From: a virus
Taxonomy: Duplodnaviria; Caudoviricetes
Reading direction: 5' to 3' (one strand)
Virus record (IMG/VR): IMGVR_UViG_3300012983_000045
Coordinates: 7,875-71,874 of that record
DNA length: 64,000 nucleotides
The position numbers and the translations under genes were made by a program. Below are positions 37,140-48,035 of the stretch, piece by piece (position 1 is the first letter of the stretch; every line of letters starts with the position of its first letter). Under the pieces are notes generated by a model. The model was given only the letters and a program-made list of their open reading frames with translations, made no database searches and was not told the origin of the DNA.

Positions 37140-39152
37140 TTATTTATTAAACAAACTTCCATATCTTCCAGTTTTCCCAGACTTTTTCTGACCAAACTGT
37201 TTCATTCCAACAGACTTCTTTTTGTCCTCGGAAAATTCAATCTTATTCCCTTTTGCATACTCTAAAAGCTGACGATCACATTCAGCCTTTACTTCTTCAA
37301 CAGACATGTCAAAATGATTTTCTTCCTTCTTAAGTTTTACAAACCCTACCGTTTCCGCAATATTTGTATAATCTTCAGAATTCAGAATCTCCATCTTGGC
37401 AGGCTCTGCTTCATATTTAGTAAGTTTCTCTGTAATAGAAGCATAATCAGCTTTCATGCTATCAAGCTTTGCAATCTGATCGGCAGTAAGATACTGAGCG
37501 AATACCTCAACACGATCACCCTTAAGAGAGTACACATCTTTCTTTACAGAATAACTCTGACGGAAATGCTTATTATTCCAGTAGTCATGCATAATTACAT
37601 ACTTTTCATCATCATATGCATCAACATCATAATAAGTATTATCAGACTCACTATATGTATTATTGACAAGTTGACTAAGAGCATTAAGCTTATCAACAAG
37701 AGATACGGCAAATGTCTTCTCGACATCATCAATAACAACAGTATAAGTCAATTCGTTATTCTGTTTCTTTTTCTTGTTCTTAACACCTTCATCTGCTGAC
37801 AGCCCATTCGCGATTGCATTCCTTGCTTCTTCAAGCGCGGTAACATCATCAGAACTAATCAGTGCTTTCTGTGCAGGAGTAAGAGAGTCATACGCCTGTC
37901 CAGCTGCGGTCACAGCATCTACATCGTCCATAGTAATATCATTAGACAATGCCTCAATTAACGCCGTAACAGCATCCGCAGCAGTCTGATTAGCCGCAGC
38001 AGCCTTCGCATCACCAAGACTTGATTCCGCTCCAGTAAGAACAGCCAGAGTCTCTGCTGTAACAAGTGCTTTCGCTTCAGCAGAAAGTGCATCATAAGCT
38101 TCCCGTGCAGCAGTAATATCAGATTCACTGTCCGTGGTAATAGTTGAAGGCAACGCCTCAATCAGTGCCGTAACAGCGGCAGCGGCTTCCGCATCGGTAG
38201 GTTCGGAGGCGGGTTCCGGGTCATCAAAAGCCGTTTTGAAAGCTGTCTCAAGTTCCTCGTTAGACATATTTGTATAATCAAATTCAATGTCTTCTTCGGT
38301 CTTATTGTATTGTTTTAACAGTTCTTCGAATTTCAATGGTGTTTTTCCTCCTTCCTTTAAGTATAGTGCGGAATCATCCGCTTTATTACTCAGCCGTTTT
38401 ACAACAGCGTCAGCAATCGAATCAATAATTTGAGCGTTGAATGTGAGAGAGTTGTTGGCAATGCTAAAATCTTCAATTGTAATATTAGCACCTTCCATAC
38501 CAGGTTGAATCTCTCTGTGCTCATCATCTGTTGTTACGCCAAGAATCGTAACTCCTAAAAAACAAAACTAATCAATATTCATTATTTTTGTTTTTGCATC
38601 AAAAGATAAGCTTTCTACCGCAATTTCAATAGATACGTCGCATTTCCCTTTTCGTCTTAGTATTTCGGCAGCATGCGTATAATCTTCATATATATATCCA
38701 TCAACCTCTAAGTAATCTTTGTCGTGTTCATCATTGTGAACAATTTTAGGATTACAAGACTCAGGAATAACACCAACAACAGTTTCTTTATATTCTATAT
38801 TTCCATCTTCATCAAATTCCATTTCATGACCAGCAAAATCATAATGGAAATTTCCGTCTTCATCATCAATCTTCTGAATATACCCAAGAATCGGTCTATT
38901 AACAAAACTTGGTATTGCCTCATTCATTGCTTTGCGAGGAATTGAAGACTTGTTATTATTTTCTAAAAGATGGCAACTCATAAGATGTACAGGAAGCAAA
39001 TTATATTTAGGATCATAATCATCTGTAAAACTCATAACTTCAGGAATCTGCACAACTATGGTTGAATTAGATTCTTTTGAGTTAAATACACATGATTTGT
39101 TTTGATTATTATAAAAATTATATAAATCATCTAAAGTAAACATCTTATGCAA
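37140..39152 (-). CDS. Prohead protease/scaffold fusion (YonD-like), 670 aa, single TAG at codon 195
   Basis: TTG start after AAGGAGGTG. Track ORFs 38568..39161 and 37140..38498 are joined in frame via ID*FCFLGVTILG. N-terminal protease-like domain and acidic coiled-coil C-terminus. Confidence 0.75.
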
Positions 39153-40329
39153 CGTTATCACCTCCTTTTATAAAATCAAATTTATAAGTTTCAATGGGAT
39201 CATTATGAAATCTCCAAATATATCCACCGGCTGTTTTGTATTTATTTGTACATACACAGCCTATACTAGTATTATTGATACCCAATATTTCAGAGGCTTC
39301 TTTTATACTATTATATGAATCAATATAAGACCCACATAACGTATATCTATCGACAGGTTTTTCTTTAAACATAATATTAAAATCCGGTGTATCTCCTTCG
39401 TAACACCATATAAAATCGCCAGAATATTGCAGCTTTTTTAAACAACATAGATTTATACATGAATCATTAATCCCAGTTTTTTTCGAAGCATCATGACAAT
39501 CGTTATATATACCTATTAAAACTCCATTAAAAGAATATTGTTCCACTCTTCGTTTTTGTTTTGGTAACGGATATTTATCAAATAGGTCTGAATAGTATCT
39601 CCAGATATATCCTTCGGCACTCTTGACCTTACCTTTCATACATGAGACGATATTTGATGTTATATTTTTACTTCTTTTACTATCAATACTCATAGCAGCA
39701 TCAACTGGTCGGAAATATACATCTAACAAATTCCCTTCAAAGTCGTATTTACAAACTCCCTTATACCTATTTTTTAAATCATTTATTTCATCATTAGTGA
39801 GTGGTTCATCAAGATATCTCCATATATAATTGCCAGTGCGAAAAATTTTTCCGTTTTTAGAACAACAAGTTGAAATATCAGAATGACTAATGCCTGTATG
39901 CTCAGATGCATCTATAATAGATTCAAATCTATTAATTTCCCTACAAAACAAATCATATTGAATTACTTGTTTTTCTGGATATTTAAGACTGTTATAATCA
40001 AAACCGCCATCTGTCATATTATATAAACTACAACCATTGTTTTTAAAATAACTAATCCAATATCTCTCTCTATTTACACATAATACTTCTATCTTATCTC
40101 TCGTATTAGATGTTAGTGATTCAATTATATTTATCTTAAAATGATCAATACCATATTGTCGCATAGCTTTATATATATCTGTATTATGTGTGTTTGAAGA
40201 ATTGCAATGTTCTTTCCACCTTTGTTCAACAGTTCTTAACGTTCTACCAATATAAAAAATATTATCAATATCATTGCTTATTTTATAAATAAAACCTTCA
40301 TACATCCCAGTTTCTTTGTTATAAGCCAT
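39145..40329 (-). CDS. GIY-YIG homing endonuclease with tandem NUMOD1-like repeats
   Basis: GFIYKI...FYIGRT N-terminus; repeated V.QY.....F.S..DAS..TGI..S.I..CC......AG.YIWRY units; no TAG. Confidence 0.8.
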   Translation of the reverse strand: MAYNKETGMYEGFIYKISNDIDNIFYIGRTLRTVEQRWKEHCNSSNTHNTDIYKAMRQYGIDHFKINIIESLTSNTRDKIEVLCVNRERYWISYFKNNGCSLYNMTDGGFDYNSLKYPEKQVIQYDLFCREINRFESIIDASEHTGISHSDISTCCSKNGKIFRTGNYIWRYLDEPLTNDEINDLKNRYKGVCKYDFEGNLLDVYFRPVDAAMSIDSKRSKNITSNIVSCMKGKVKSAEGYIWRYYSDLFDKYPLPKQKRRVEQYSFNGVLIGIYNDCHDASKKTGINDSCINLCCLKKLQYSGDFIWCYEGDTPDFNIMFKEKPVDRYTLCGSYIDSYNSIKEASEILGINNTSIGCVCTNKYKTAGGYIWRFHNDPIETYKFDFIKGGDNVA

Positions 40330-40351
40330 AACATTATTCCTCCTTTAAATT

Positions 40352-40380
40352 AAAAAGAGACCGCATTTCGCAGTCTCTTA
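40352..40380 (-). terminator. Probable intrinsic terminator
   Basis: Minus strand AAGAGACTGCG-AAA-TGCGGTCTCTT followed by TTT. Confidence 0.45.
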
Positions 40381-40467
40381 ATTAAAATAGAAGAGGGGCG
40401 GTAATTATCCGCCAAATCTTCCTTTGCTGGTTGGGAGCATATGCCCAACATGCATTCAGCAAAATAT

Positions 40468-40641
40468 TTAAAAATGAAGAATGCTCGTAGTTTGAACATC
40501 CTTCATTCCATCCATTGAAAATGTAGTTTTATTGTTTAAAAACATCCAACGATTACCTTCCTTCGGAAGCTCTTGAAATCCAAGCTCACGAAGCTTCTCC
40601 GCGGTTTCCTCATCAGATGTGTAAATAAATTTTTTATCCAT
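40468..40641 (-). CDS. Small hypothetical protein, 57 aa
   Basis: MDKKFIYTSDEETAEKLRELGFQEL...; AAGGTG RBS; below the track length cutoff. Confidence 0.6.
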   Translation of the reverse strand: MDKKFIYTSDEETAEKLRELGFQELPKEGNRWMFLNNKTTFSMDGMKDVQTTSILHF

Positions 40642-40651
40642 TTATATCACC

Positions 40652-42163
40652 TTATTTATCTGCCGTATCTCTAGTCCTATCTCCAGAGTCTGTTAATTCA
40701 TCATCTGGAGTTTGTGGTCTTCCCGCTTTATCAGATTGAGTATACGAAGTAGACCACGGAATAAACACATCACTAAGATGCAAAACAGATTCTTCTAAAT
40801 AGTTTAATGCTATTGTATCTTTTTCAGAAAAACCATTTAAAGTGTTATATGCCAGTTTTACTGGCAGACCTTTATCTCCAGCAGACATTAATTCTTCTTT
40901 ATACTGTTCCTTAGTATATACTGTTACCGGAAAGAATTTAACCTTACATGGATCACTAATAGTTAATTGTAATCTATGATTAACCCAACTTTGAATTTGG
41001 GGTAACAAAGAAGATATAGCGTACTCACTATTAGCAATACTTGCCATACGAAATGCAAATGTATTATTAATGGTTGCTCCGTTAAGCAGCTCGGCACCAC
41101 CAGCAGTATTTAAGACAGTTTCAGTAGCCTTCGCAACTTTCGTAGTATCAGAAGCTGCATTATCCGGAAATGATATTTCGTTCAATTTTCCTGGAACAAT
41201 CGCCGCCGACATATTCGGGGGGATAGCTTCATCCACCATTTTATTAAAATACTAAACCGCTAAATCAACATCCACTCGCCAGTCATCTGGGACATCTGTT
41301 CCGTCCAACGTTTCAAGCTCATACCAAATAAGCTTATATATTTCTTGCTCCGCTGCAACAGCTTGAATATCCTCTAGATCCAAAAGATTAATGATAGAAT
41401 TAGACATTGGCATCAGAGGACCAATAACCGTTTCAATATCTTCACTACGATATTTACAACATAAACTAAACTCTTCCGGCATTGGTTGCCATTTTTCTCT
41501 GGTAGATTCATAATCTCTGTATAATTGTTCAAATACTTCTGGGAAATACTCTATCAACTCTTGATGTCCACGCAAGTATGAACAATCAATGGCATAAGCA
41601 AACTCACCGGTCATATATTTACCTGTTATTCTTGCCGAATCAGCTGGCCATGGGAGAACAAAAACTCCATCGTCATCCTCAATCCAAACATTATAACTAA
41701 CATCCTAAACAAAACATGTGAGTATAATTGGATAGAATTCCTATTGAAGTCTCATTTTATCTAACTCATCAACAGTCTCCTAAAATGATTTCAATATTTT
41801 TTGTGGGTTATTTTCTTTTGTTAAATCATGATTCGGAATAACCGATCTACAATACAAAACAAACATATTCGAGAAAAAAATACAAAGTCTAGCATATATC
41901 TGCGATCTATAAAACAAATACCACGAGAGATTTCTTAATCTAGCCTCATTACCCACAATGTTTTGAAAATAACTACGCAATGTTTCTTTGTCAAAAACTC
42001 CAACATTACGAGTTGAATTTTTCGTAAAATCACGAAGCCTCTTAAAAGCTTCCTGCGATTCGGCAAATCTTTGTTTTAGAAAATCTTCATTGTATTTCTG
42101 AGCAAATTCCCTTCGCTCACTATTAGTTGGCGTCGCCTTAGACACCGTACTTTTAGTCGCCAA
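40652..42163 (-). CDS. Portal protein (YonE-like), TAG-recoded, 503 aa
   Basis: Track ORFs 41780..42163, 41252..41614 and 40652..41239 are in one frame separated by TAGs; follows the terminase; C-terminal KAGRPQ..DDELTDSG..TRD. Confidence 0.8.
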
Positions 42164-42178
42164 TTGGCAACACCTCCT

Positions 42179-43948
42179 TTAAAACGAAGAAAATCGTCTA
42201 CCGGGTCTGATGGTTAAACGATTAACTAAATTATTATTATTTTGTTTTGGTTTTAATTTTAGCTCAAGCTAACATGCACACCAGTAATTATAAGCAATAG
42301 AAGAATAGCGGTCTTTTCTCATGCCAGCAATTTCTTTAACCTTTACATTCCCATTTTTTATTTCATGATCCAGTTTTATTAGTTCATATTCAGCCATTGT
42401 TGTCTAAACATATGGCATTTTTATATATGCCTGATCAGTAGAGGATAATTTAGAATAAGACCTTGATGGGTAATTCTTTTTTATCTCTTCTTCGCATTCA
42501 TTTTCTGAAATTAAAAAACTAATTTTCCCATTCTAGATGCCATTTCTTAATAGAATACATATCTCATTGTTAAAATTTGCTGTGGCTTTAACAGACCATA
42601 CAACTTTGTTAGCATCTCTAACTTTACAACGTAATGCCATGTCGTCATCATTGCAACAATATAACGCTTTATAGGTATCACCAGTCTCTGCATCGTACTA
42701 GTCTTTACATATATAATCGTATACGCCTAGTCCTATCCCATTACAGTCGAGAACCAAATCAGTACACTTATATTTATAGAAATACCTCATTACAATAATG
42801 CCTAATTCATCGGTTGTTAATCCTTCAAATGTTTCGCCGTAGACTATATTTGACTAATAAGTTATATCATCCATTTGAATGGCACTGTTGATGTACAAAG
42901 CAGATGCGTCATTCTTTTTCTTTTTTGTAGTCCCCATAAGGGCTACGTCTACGGACAATATTCGCTTTTCAGCGGGAGCTAAATCAGGGATCTTTATTTT
43001 GTCATTATAGAATTTTAATGGATAAAAAGCATTCTTTATTTTTCTTCTTTTATTTATGTCATCAAACTTAAATAAAGAATTTTCGTTTTCTCCATACCAA
43101 AGACATTCCATTTCTGTCTAAAATGTTAAGAAATTAAAATCTTGTTCGCTAAACTCATCTTCAATCTATGAACGCATTAATAATCCTTCTCGAATTGAAA
43201 CCTAATAACTTAATCCAGCTATAAAATATTTCTTTGTATCATCAAGAAAGTTTGCAGTATATGATCTCGCCTTTTCCCATGACCAGTGAGATTTTAACCA
43301 ACAAGATGACATATATATTTCTTTATTTCGTTCTTGTAAATGAGCATATTCTGGTCTGTTTAAATATCCAGGATGCCTCGGATCACTCAAGAATTTCTTT
43401 AAAACGGTATCTACAATTTCCTTTTCAACCATCCTAAACTCATCCACGATTATAATCGTTGCACGAGCAGATCTCGCATTCTATGAACTTGTACGCGTCT
43501 TAATATATGAGCCATTCCAAAAATAAATACTTGCATCATTCTAACCAATATTACAAGATTTTATTTCAGAGCGAAGCATCGCAGATTGAGGCATTAATAT
43601 GTCCTATACTTTTAGTAACACTTCATTCGCCTATTTCAATGTTCCGGCGGTTACTACAATCCATGTCTTAGGCCAAAGGATACATCTTACGCAACAAAAA
43701 ATCGCTGTCAAAAATGTCTTACCTTGCCCACGGGCAGCAAGATACATTACAAAATTATAATGTACCATAGCCCAAAGCAAAATTTTCTAAAACCATTTTA
43801 ATTTAAAATTATTTTCAGTAAGAAGTACTTCGCTGACATATCTATGTGGATTCTGTCTATAATAACCAGCTTTCCACGCAACCACTTCCATGGTCTTTCT
43901 AGCCTTTTCAGCAGATAATTCCTAAATTGATTTTCTCTTCTCAGCCAT
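42179..43948 (-). CDS. Terminase large subunit (YonF-like), TAG-recoded, 589 aa
   Basis: AARGQGKT Walker A, IIVDEFR Walker B, LSVDVALMG nuclease Asp, KDRYSSIAY C-terminal motif; only TAG interruptions seen; ends TAA at 42181-42179. Confidence 0.9.
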
Positions 43949-45012
43949 TATATCTCCTCATTCTTGCCAAAGATTTGTTCAAAAATAGCTTCAGAATCCG
44001 TGTCTTCGTCATATTGTGGCTGAGTCACTGTATATTTCTTCATATATTTTTCATATAATCTTGAAAATCCATTTTTCAATCCCATCATCTTTGCAAGATG
44101 TCCTTTGAAAAATGTATCTACAAGAGTAATCATATGATCAGGATCTCGGAATTCTTCGTCGGGTTCTGGAATTGGCTTTCCACCATCCCACTCATCTTCC
44201 CATTTTTCTATTAATTGACCAAATGTTTTTGCTTCGGTCAGAGCATTGGAATTTGTTTGAGAGGGTTTAATCTGCAAAGATGTCATTAAATCCTGTAAAG
44301 TCTTTAAATCATCCTTGGTATCTTTACCGGATTTTTGTTTTTTGTCTATATTTAACTCTGTGTGACAAATGTTTTTATACAACACCTCTTGCGCTTTATT
44401 CTCACAAGGATACCTTTTAATCCAATCTTGATATTCATTCTCCAACCAAATCAAATCAGTAGGAGAGTAGTCTTTACCAAATCTCCTTTTTGCTTGTTTT
44501 AACATGCGGGAATTTTCGTTGATTTGTTCATCATCTTCCTCAAGCGATTCGTCAAAAATCGAATCTGCCCAAGTTAATCCTCGATATTGAGGTAGAGACT
44601 TGACACACGTAATGAGATAAGCATATGCAGTCTGACGATTTTTCTCACCGACTTGTTCAATTGCACTATTCATAACAGATTTATATAAATCGTCTATAAA
44701 TGGTAAATCCATCATTTGAAATACTTTTTTTGTTTTCTCTCTATTGTCGATATAACTGTTTGTAGCTTTATCATAATCACAAGCATCATTAATTAAACAT
44801 TTTTTACAGATTGGAAACAATCCACTTGCGTACCTTTTATCAGAATAAAATGAATCGGCACTTAAAAACTCGTTGCACTTATGGCAATAGCAAAGTTTCC
44901 CATCTAATATCCGATTGTAATCTTTAGCAAGTGAATTATATGCTTGTCTAACATTTGCTACACCAGCTTTCTTGACTTCATCTTCGGTCAATGCAGCTTT
45001 AAGCCGAGCCAT
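43948..45012 (-). CDS. Zn-finger protein upstream of terminase (possible small terminase, YonG-like position)
   Basis: Intact 354-aa ORF with CxxC...CKKC; its stop overlaps the terminase start. Confidence 0.6.
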   Translation of the reverse strand: MARLKAALTEDEVKKAGVANVRQAYNSLAKDYNRILDGKLCYCHKCNEFLSADSFYSDKRYASGLFPICKKCLINDACDYDKATNSYIDNREKTKKVFQMMDLPFIDDLYKSVMNSAIEQVGEKNRQTAYAYLITCVKSLPQYRGLTWADSIFDESLEEDDEQINENSRMLKQAKRRFGKDYSPTDLIWLENEYQDWIKRYPCENKAQEVLYKNICHTELNIDKKQKSGKDTKDDLKTLQDLMTSLQIKPSQTNSNALTEAKTFGQLIEKWEDEWDGGKPIPEPDEEFRDPDHMITLVDTFFKGHLAKMMGLKNGFSRLYEKYMKKYTVTQPQYDEDTDSEAIFEQIFGKNEEI

Positions 45013-45040
45013 ATAGTCACCATCCTTTTACTCATACAAA

Positions 45041-46291
45041 TTAGGCACTCTTCATTTCCTGAAGAATGCCCTCTAAATATTCCACATATTCATAATTTAT
45101 ATTAATTGACAACTGATTTTCTTCAAACCATTTATCAAATTCTCCACAATCGATTCTATATATAAAATCTAAAAAATCATACGGTGTAAATTTAGTGTAT
45201 CCGTATTCATCATGAAATAACTTATGGATATCCTTCTGAACACAAGCACCCAAGCCATAAATATTATGTAATAAATGAGTCTCCATTCTTAAAGTAGAAA
45301 ACTCATCGGTACTATAATTCATAACTTTATCTTTAACGGCGATCCCTGTATTATCAAAAACCTCATCTACAATATCTCTAAAAGGCACAGTATGATGTAT
45401 ATTATCAAAATCACCACCAGATATTACACAATGATATCCACAAAACTCCATAGATTCTTTCTGCCAATCTTTAGTCTCGGAACGAAGTTCGGTATAGGTT
45501 TGATTTATACCACCTTTCCATCTACCGTTTTCTTCTCCATTTAATGGATAAATATGACGCGGATTCTTGTCTCCGGCCCATTTTCCCCTCATTCTTTCAC
45601 TCATTTGCATACATTGCTCTTTTGAACGTTTCTTTCCCAGCCACCAAGACGTATGAGTTTTATAATACTCTTTTCGAACCTCTGATAAATGTTGTTTTTG
45701 TTTATCTGACATATGTCTTCCACGATTACCGTCTCCAATTCTTTTATTTCTAATATCCAACATACGACGCACTTCGTCATAAGTTTTATTTCCTTGTATT
45801 CCAAGATAACTAGCTCTACATTCGATGGCTCGAATTGTTCTGCCTTGAAGAAAATTATCTCTCAATTCTTCTCCTGTATAGTCGTTATAATACCGACGCA
45901 TTATTTCATCCTCTTCTTTTGTCCATGGAATATTCGGTTCGTAATCCTCTGGTAAAAAATTCTTAAATTTGGGATTACATTCTCTACAAATATGTCTCAG
46001 TCCATCTTTACAAGTTTTATCTACTGGGAAAAACCTATAAGAATTAGGTAATGATCTACCACATTGTCTGCAAACTCTTTCGCCGTCATATTCTATTTTG
46101 CCAGTACTAAACCTTGCTTTTAATTGATTATTCTTTTCTTTATTTTTCTGCGATTCACATTTTTTACATAAACTACTATGACCGTCTCGATTATTTTTAC
46201 TAAAATATTTATCAGTATTTGGAAAAGTTTCTCCGCAGCATGTACATGTTCTAAATTCAGCATCTTTTGGAGTTCCATGTGTATAACCCAT
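45041..46291 (-). CDS. HNH-type homing endonuclease with Zn fingers and NUMOD3-like repeats
   Basis: CxxC repeats, GRHMSDKQKQHLSE, C-terminal HCVISG...IHHTVPF...HKLFH; likely start at the ATG at 46291. Confidence 0.7.
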   Translation of the reverse strand: MGYTHGTPKDAEFRTCTCCGETFPNTDKYFSKNNRDGHSSLCKKCESQKNKEKNNQLKARFSTGKIEYDGERVCRQCGRSLPNSYRFFPVDKTCKDGLRHICRECNPKFKNFLPEDYEPNIPWTKEEDEIMRRYYNDYTGEELRDNFLQGRTIRAIECRASYLGIQGNKTYDEVRRMLDIRNKRIGDGNRGRHMSDKQKQHLSEVRKEYYKTHTSWWLGKKRSKEQCMQMSERMRGKWAGDKNPRHIYPLNGEENGRWKGGINQTYTELRSETKDWQKESMEFCGYHCVISGGDFDNIHHTVPFRDIVDEVFDNTGIAVKDKVMNYSTDEFSTLRMETHLLHNIYGLGACVQKDIHKLFHDEYGYTKFTPYDFLDFIYRIDCGEFDKWFEENQLSININYEYVEYLEGILQEMKSA

Positions 46292-46499
46292 GATTTCACC
46301 TGTCTTTCTCACCCGCAAACAACAAAAAAAGAACGGGAGAGTGCCGCAGGTGTAAAGCACTCACACCAAGGTAGCTACTCCTCGATGTTCCCGTTCAAAG
46401 CAAAAAAAATAAGCACTCCGAAGAGTGTCATAAATCATATTTCAGGAATCGAACCAGAAGCAGAAGAGCAGAAGTTCCTCCGCGCACCAACATAGATAA

Positions 46500-46610
46500 T
46501 TATTTAACAGCAATTACAACCCAGAGCATTAACGACATAAGAGCCGTACTGCCAAGAATGGCAATAACCTCTTGGGCTACATCTTTGGTGGTTTCCTTGA
46601 GAAAATCCAT
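46500..46610 (-). CDS. Small membrane peptide, 36 aa
   Basis: MDFLKETTKDVAQEVIAILGSTALMSLMLWVVIAVK; GGAGGTG RBS. Confidence 0.45.
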   Translation of the reverse strand: MDFLKETTKDVAQEVIAILGSTALMSLMLWVVIAVK

Positions 46611-46693
46611 GTCAATCACCTCCTATATAATAAACAGCGTATAACCATTAACTTAGCTGTGTCATGCTTTTGCACAAGTTTTATGGGCATCGA

Positions 46694-46918
46694 TTATCTT
46701 AAAACATCATTTATGATGTCTGCCGTTTTGCATAATTCCTCTCTGGAAGTTATATCAAATCCAACATCTTTTATAAGCGCATGAGCAAGATACATACAGA
46801 AATGCTGAAGAAATTCATCTTGCTCATCTGTTGTTTCTTCAGCAGAAGTATTAATTACATTCATTACTTCATTATATTTATCTACACATTCTCTTGTGTT
46901 TTTATAAAAATCTTTCAT
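46694..46918 (-). CDS. Hypothetical protein
   Basis: Intact 74-aa ORF with AAAGGA RBS. Confidence 0.55.
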   Translation of the reverse strand: MKDFYKNTRECVDKYNEVMNVINTSAEETTDEQDEFLQHFCMYLAHALIKDVGFDITSREELCKTADIINDVLR

Positions 46919-46932
46919 AAATATTTTCCTTT

Positions 46933-47802
46933 TTAATACAAATAATCTAAATCGTCTATTTCTAGATTATCAGCGTCTATTTGATTCATATAGTCATATA
47001 CATCAAAAAAGTCAGTGATTCCTAATTCTTTGCGCTTTCTATTCACATATTCCTCCAACTGTTCCGGTGTATTATTCAATTTTCCATATTCATAATGAAA
47101 CGATCCAGAGATACAAGGATTATGATGATTTCTACATAAACATGCACCATTTGTAACATCAAATCTAGTTTCGGGTCTGGAAGCGAATGGATAAATGTGA
47201 TGAAATTCAATATCCTATGTAGAACCACACACTATACATGTGAAGTTATCCTTTTCGGCTACACCTTTTTTCCAATTTTGATATAACCCACTGCTCCGTA
47301 ATCTTTTAATTATTGATGTTTTGCTTTCCTCTTCTCCAAATTCATTTATTTCTTTAATATGCCTATCTTTTCCTAGGCAAGACGTTCTTAACCCAGATTT
47401 AAGTTTTCCCGCAAGAACAGAAACTTTTTGTCCACAATTGTATTCACATACCCAATACGTATTTTTCTTTTCTTTTGATTTCGCTTCATCAAAATATAAA
47501 GCCGTTAAATTACCAAATTCTCTTCCGGTTAAATCTTCTCTTGTTTGCCCACCATGCCCACCAGTGCATTTAAGACATTGTATAATATGATTTGGGTTTT
47601 GAGTTATCTAATCTATTCTTCTATTTTCACTTTCATGAATGCCATTCGGACATTTAAAATAAAATTTTGTTTTTGTTCCAGATGCAACTTCTGATGGTAA
47701 CAAATCATTCTTTTCATAATCCCAAAGTTCAAGAATATCATGACGGTTATTTGTAACACACCATTCTTCAAATGTCTATTTACAAGTATATCTATTTCCC
47801 AT
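46933..47802 (-). CDS. HNH endonuclease with Zn-ribbon domain, TAG-recoded, 289 aa
   Basis: ATG at 47802 after GGAGG; three TAGs; CIVCG...EFHHIYPF...NGACLC..HH; absent from the track. Confidence 0.7.
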
Positions 47803-47910
47803 ATTGTTTACCTCCTACAGTAAATTCTCCCACTATATATAAACGCAACTGGGGAGGTAGGAGACTCCCCAATATAATGGTGGCCAAACCATTATACTTT
47901 TGCGTTATAG

Positions 47911-48001
47911 CAAGCCCGGTGCGATTCGAACGCACATCAGCGGCTTCAACGCGCTTACAGATTTAGAGTCTGCTGTTTTCAATCCATTAAACTACGGGCC
48001 T
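47911..48001 (-). tRNA. Amber-suppressor tRNA (anticodon CUA), class II with long variable arm
   Basis: Cloverleaf: acceptor AGGCCCG/CGGGCTT, G73, D stem GTTT/AAAC, anticodon arm GCAGA-CT-CTA-AA-TCTGT, 21-nt variable region, T arm GTGCG-TTCGAAT-CGCAC; CCA not encoded. Confidence 0.9.
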
Positions 48002-48035
48002 ATAATAAAGGCGCAACCGAAGCCACGCCAATAAA

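Noticed and set aside
277-43948. Mass pseudogenisation of structural genes (decayed prophage)
   Set aside because: Interruptions are exclusively TAG, frames are preserved across tens of kb, and TAGs sit at conserved Gln positions; decay would give TAA/TGA and frameshifts too.
47911-48001. Pyrrolysine tRNA / Pyl decoding of TAG
   Set aside because: tRNA-Pyl has a very short variable loop, this one is long; no pyl genes are in the window; TAG is far too frequent and aligns with Gln.
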